Assembly (NCBI RefSeq): GCF_036365525.1
Contig: NC_090404.1
Coordinates: 27,550,149-27,614,148, forward strand
Source of the DNA: Heterodontus francisci
Lineage: Eukaryota
DNA length: 64,000 bases
Direction of reading: 5' to 3'
Below are positions 61,278 through 64,000 of the stretch, in pieces (within the stretch, counting starts at the first letter, position 1; every line of letters starts with the position of its first letter). Below the pieces are notes generated by a model. That model saw nothing but the letters and a program-made list of their open reading frames with translations, did not search any database and was not told where the DNA came from. The position numbers were made by a program, and so were the translations under genes.

Positions 61278-63436
61278 GCGTAAAATATCCTACTAGCCTC
61301 TTCTTATAACACCCTAGGATGAAGTCCATCAGGACCCGGGGAGTTGTCAGCCGGCTGCTCCAACAATTTGTTCAGTACCACTTCCCTGGGTGATTGTAAT
61401 TTTCTTGAGTTCCTCCCTCCCTTCCATTTCTTGACTTACAGCTAATACTGGGATATTACTTGTATCCTCAGTAGTGAACACCGATGCAAAATATCTGTTC
61501 AATTCATCTGCCATCTCCTTATTATCCATTATTAATTCCCCAGACTCACTTTTTATAGCACCAACGCTCACTTTGTTACCTCTTTTCTTTTTAAAATATC
61601 TATAGAAACTCTGACTATCTTTCTTTATATTTCTAGCTAGCTTTCTCTCGTACTCTAATGTCACCTTCCTTATCAATCTTTTAGTCATTCTTTGTTTTTT
61701 TATATATACTCTGTCCAATCTTCTGACCAGCCTCCCATCTTTGCGCAATTCTAGATTTTTTCTTGAAGATTGGTACTATCTTTAACTGTTTTACTTAACC
61801 ACAGGATGACGGGTCTTTCTCGTTGAAATGTATTCTGTGTATTCTGAAATATCCCCTTAAATGTTTGCCACTGCCTCTCTATTCACCTATCCCTTAACCT
61901 GATTTGCCAGTTCACTTTCATGCCCTCATAATTGCCCTTATTTAAGTTTAAAATACTAGTCTTGGAACCACTCTTCTCTGCCTCAAACTGAATGTAAAAT
62001 TCAATCATATTATGATCGCTGCTACCTAGGGGTACCTTAACTATGAGGTCATTAATTAATCCAATCTCATTTCACAATACTAGGTCTAGTAGAACCTGCT
62101 CCCTGGTTAGCTCTGGAACGTATTGTTCCAAGAAATTATTCAGAAAACATTCTAGGTACTCCTCATTTAGGCTATCTCTGCCCATCTGATTTCTCCAGAT
62201 CATATGTAAATTTTAAAAATCCCCCATAATTATTGCTGTACCTTTCTGATAAGATGCCATTATTTCTTCCTTTATACCCTGTCCCACCGTGGTTCTTAAT
62301 GTTAGGTGGCCTGCACACCACTCCCACAAGTGACTTCTTGCCTTTATGATTTCTCATCTCTACCGAAACTGCTTCTGCATCCGGGTCTCCTGAACTTAGG
62401 TCATCCCTCTCTATTGTGCTAATACCATCATTAATTAACAGAGCTACACCGCCACCTTTTCCTAGCTTCCTGTCCTTCCTAAATGTCATGTACCCTTCAA
62501 TATTCAGATCACAATCTATGTCGTCCTGCAGCCATGCCTCTGTAATGGCTATCAGATCGTACTTACTTATTTCTATTTGGGCTCTCAATTCATCTGTTTC
62601 ATTTTGAATGCTACGTGCATTCCAATACAGTGCCTTTAGTTGTGTCCTTTTATTATCTTTGTCACCTCTAGCCATATCTGTTGATTTACTCTTAGGTTTG
62701 TACGCTCTGTCCCTTCTTGTCACAGTCTGTTTATCATTTCTCATATTAATACCTTTCTCTCTTGCCTTGCCTCTACTCCTTGATTTACCATATATTCCTA
62801 AATCTGATCCCTTGCCCCCACTATTCAGTTTAAAATCCTCTCTGCTTCCCTAGTTAAGTGGCTCGCTAGAACACTGGCCCCAGCACGTTTCAGGTGTAGA
62901 CCGTCCCAACAGTACAGCCACCACTTTCCCCAGTACTGGTGCCAGAGCCCCATGAACCAGAACCCACTTCTACCACACCAGTCTTTGAGCAACACATTCA
63001 TTTCTATAATCTTCTTTGCCCTATGCCAATTTGCACGTGGTTCAGGTAATAATCCAGAGGTTATTACCTTTGAGGTTCTGCTTCTTAATTTGTGCCTTGT
63101 TCCTCATACTGACTATGCAGAACCTCTTTCCTTGTCCTGCCTATGTCGTTGATACCTACATGGACGACGAGGACTCGATCCTCCCCCTCCCACTGTAGGT
63201 TTCTCTCCAGCCCTGAGCAGATGCCCCAAACCCTGGCACCGGGCAGGCAACACAGCCGTCTGGACTCTCGCTCTTAGCTGCAGAGAACAGTGTCAATCCC
63301 CCTCTCTGTACTGTCTCCTATTACCACGACATTCCTTTGTTCTCCCGCCATTTGAATGGCTTCCTGTACCATGGTGCCATGGTCAGGTTCCTCATCCACC
63401 CTGCAGTCCCCACTCTCATCCAAACAAGCTGAAAGA
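61278..63436 (-). mobile_element. CR1 LINE, 5' part (ORF1 end, endonuclease, linker)
   Basis: LYWNARSIQNETDEL, DLIAITEAWL, GKGGGVAL, GVVCRPPN, LNRYFASVFT. Confidence 0.9.
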
Positions 63437-64000
63437 ACCATGGTCCATCTCCGGCACTTCCCTTCCCTTCCTCGACTTTTCTGTCTCCATCTCTTGGGAT
63501 AGGCTGTCTACTAATATTCATTATATGCCCACCGACTCCCACAGCTACATCGACTACACTTCTTCACACCCTGCCTCCTGTAAGGACTCCATTCCATTCT
63601 CCCAGTTACTCCGTCTCTGACGCATCTGCTCTGATGATGCTACCTTCCATGACAGCAGTTCTGATATATCTTCCTTTTCCCTCAACTGAGGATTCCGCTC
63701 CCCCACCACCCCCCCCCCCACCCCCACACACTGTGGTTGACAGCACCCTCAACATGTCCGGCCCATTTCCCGCACCTCTACCCTCAACCCCTTCCCCTCC
63801 CTCTCAGAACTGCGACAGAGTTCCCTTTGTACTCACTTTCCACCCCACCAGCCTCCACATCCAACGGATCATCCTCCAACATTTCTGCCACCTCCAGTGT
63901 GATGCCACTACCAAACACATCTTCCCCTCCCTTCCCCTGTCAGCATTCCGAAGGGATCATTCCCTCCACGAGACCCTGGTCCACTCCTCCATTACCCCAA
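63437..64000 (+). mobile_element. Penelope fragment (thumb/linker region), runs off the window
   Basis: Homologous to the reverse complement of 58140-58665. Confidence 0.85.

Overview
Eukaryotic, repeat-rich genomic DNA, most likely from a cartilaginous fish (inferred from the HE1-type V-SINE, abundant CR1/RTE/Penelope retroelements and a shark-type GPR139-like receptor cluster). Host genes: three paralogous two-exon class A GPCR genes (copy A + 7813-11361, intact, 326 aa; copy B - 32004-28190, pseudogene; copy C + 48151-54832, intact, 325 aa). Copies B and C are the arms of an inverted segmental duplication. Between them lie a T-cell receptor alpha/delta-type V pseudo-segment with a near-canonical 23-bp-spacer RSS (39259-39532) and a 3.6 kb 16-bp satellite. 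Mobile DNA: a full-length RTE LINE with an intact 1063-aa ORF and an ~0.8 kb 5' extension inside a 10-bp TSD; a second, degenerate RTE; several CR1 LINEs; a Penelope element with direct terminal repeats, a 15-bp TSD and hammerhead ribozyme motifs; Harbinger Myb/SANT relics; a Gypsy relic; and four minisatellites. Leading hypothesis: the GPCR promoters carry an adjacent homeodomain (TAATTA) plus O/E-like (TCCCTGGAG) motif of the kind found at vertebrate olfactory receptor promoters. This would make the orphan, birth-and-death GPCR cluster beside a TCR V segment a candidate chemoreceptor (or EBF-regulated immune receptor) family. All family assignments come from motif recognition by eye; no database searches were run.
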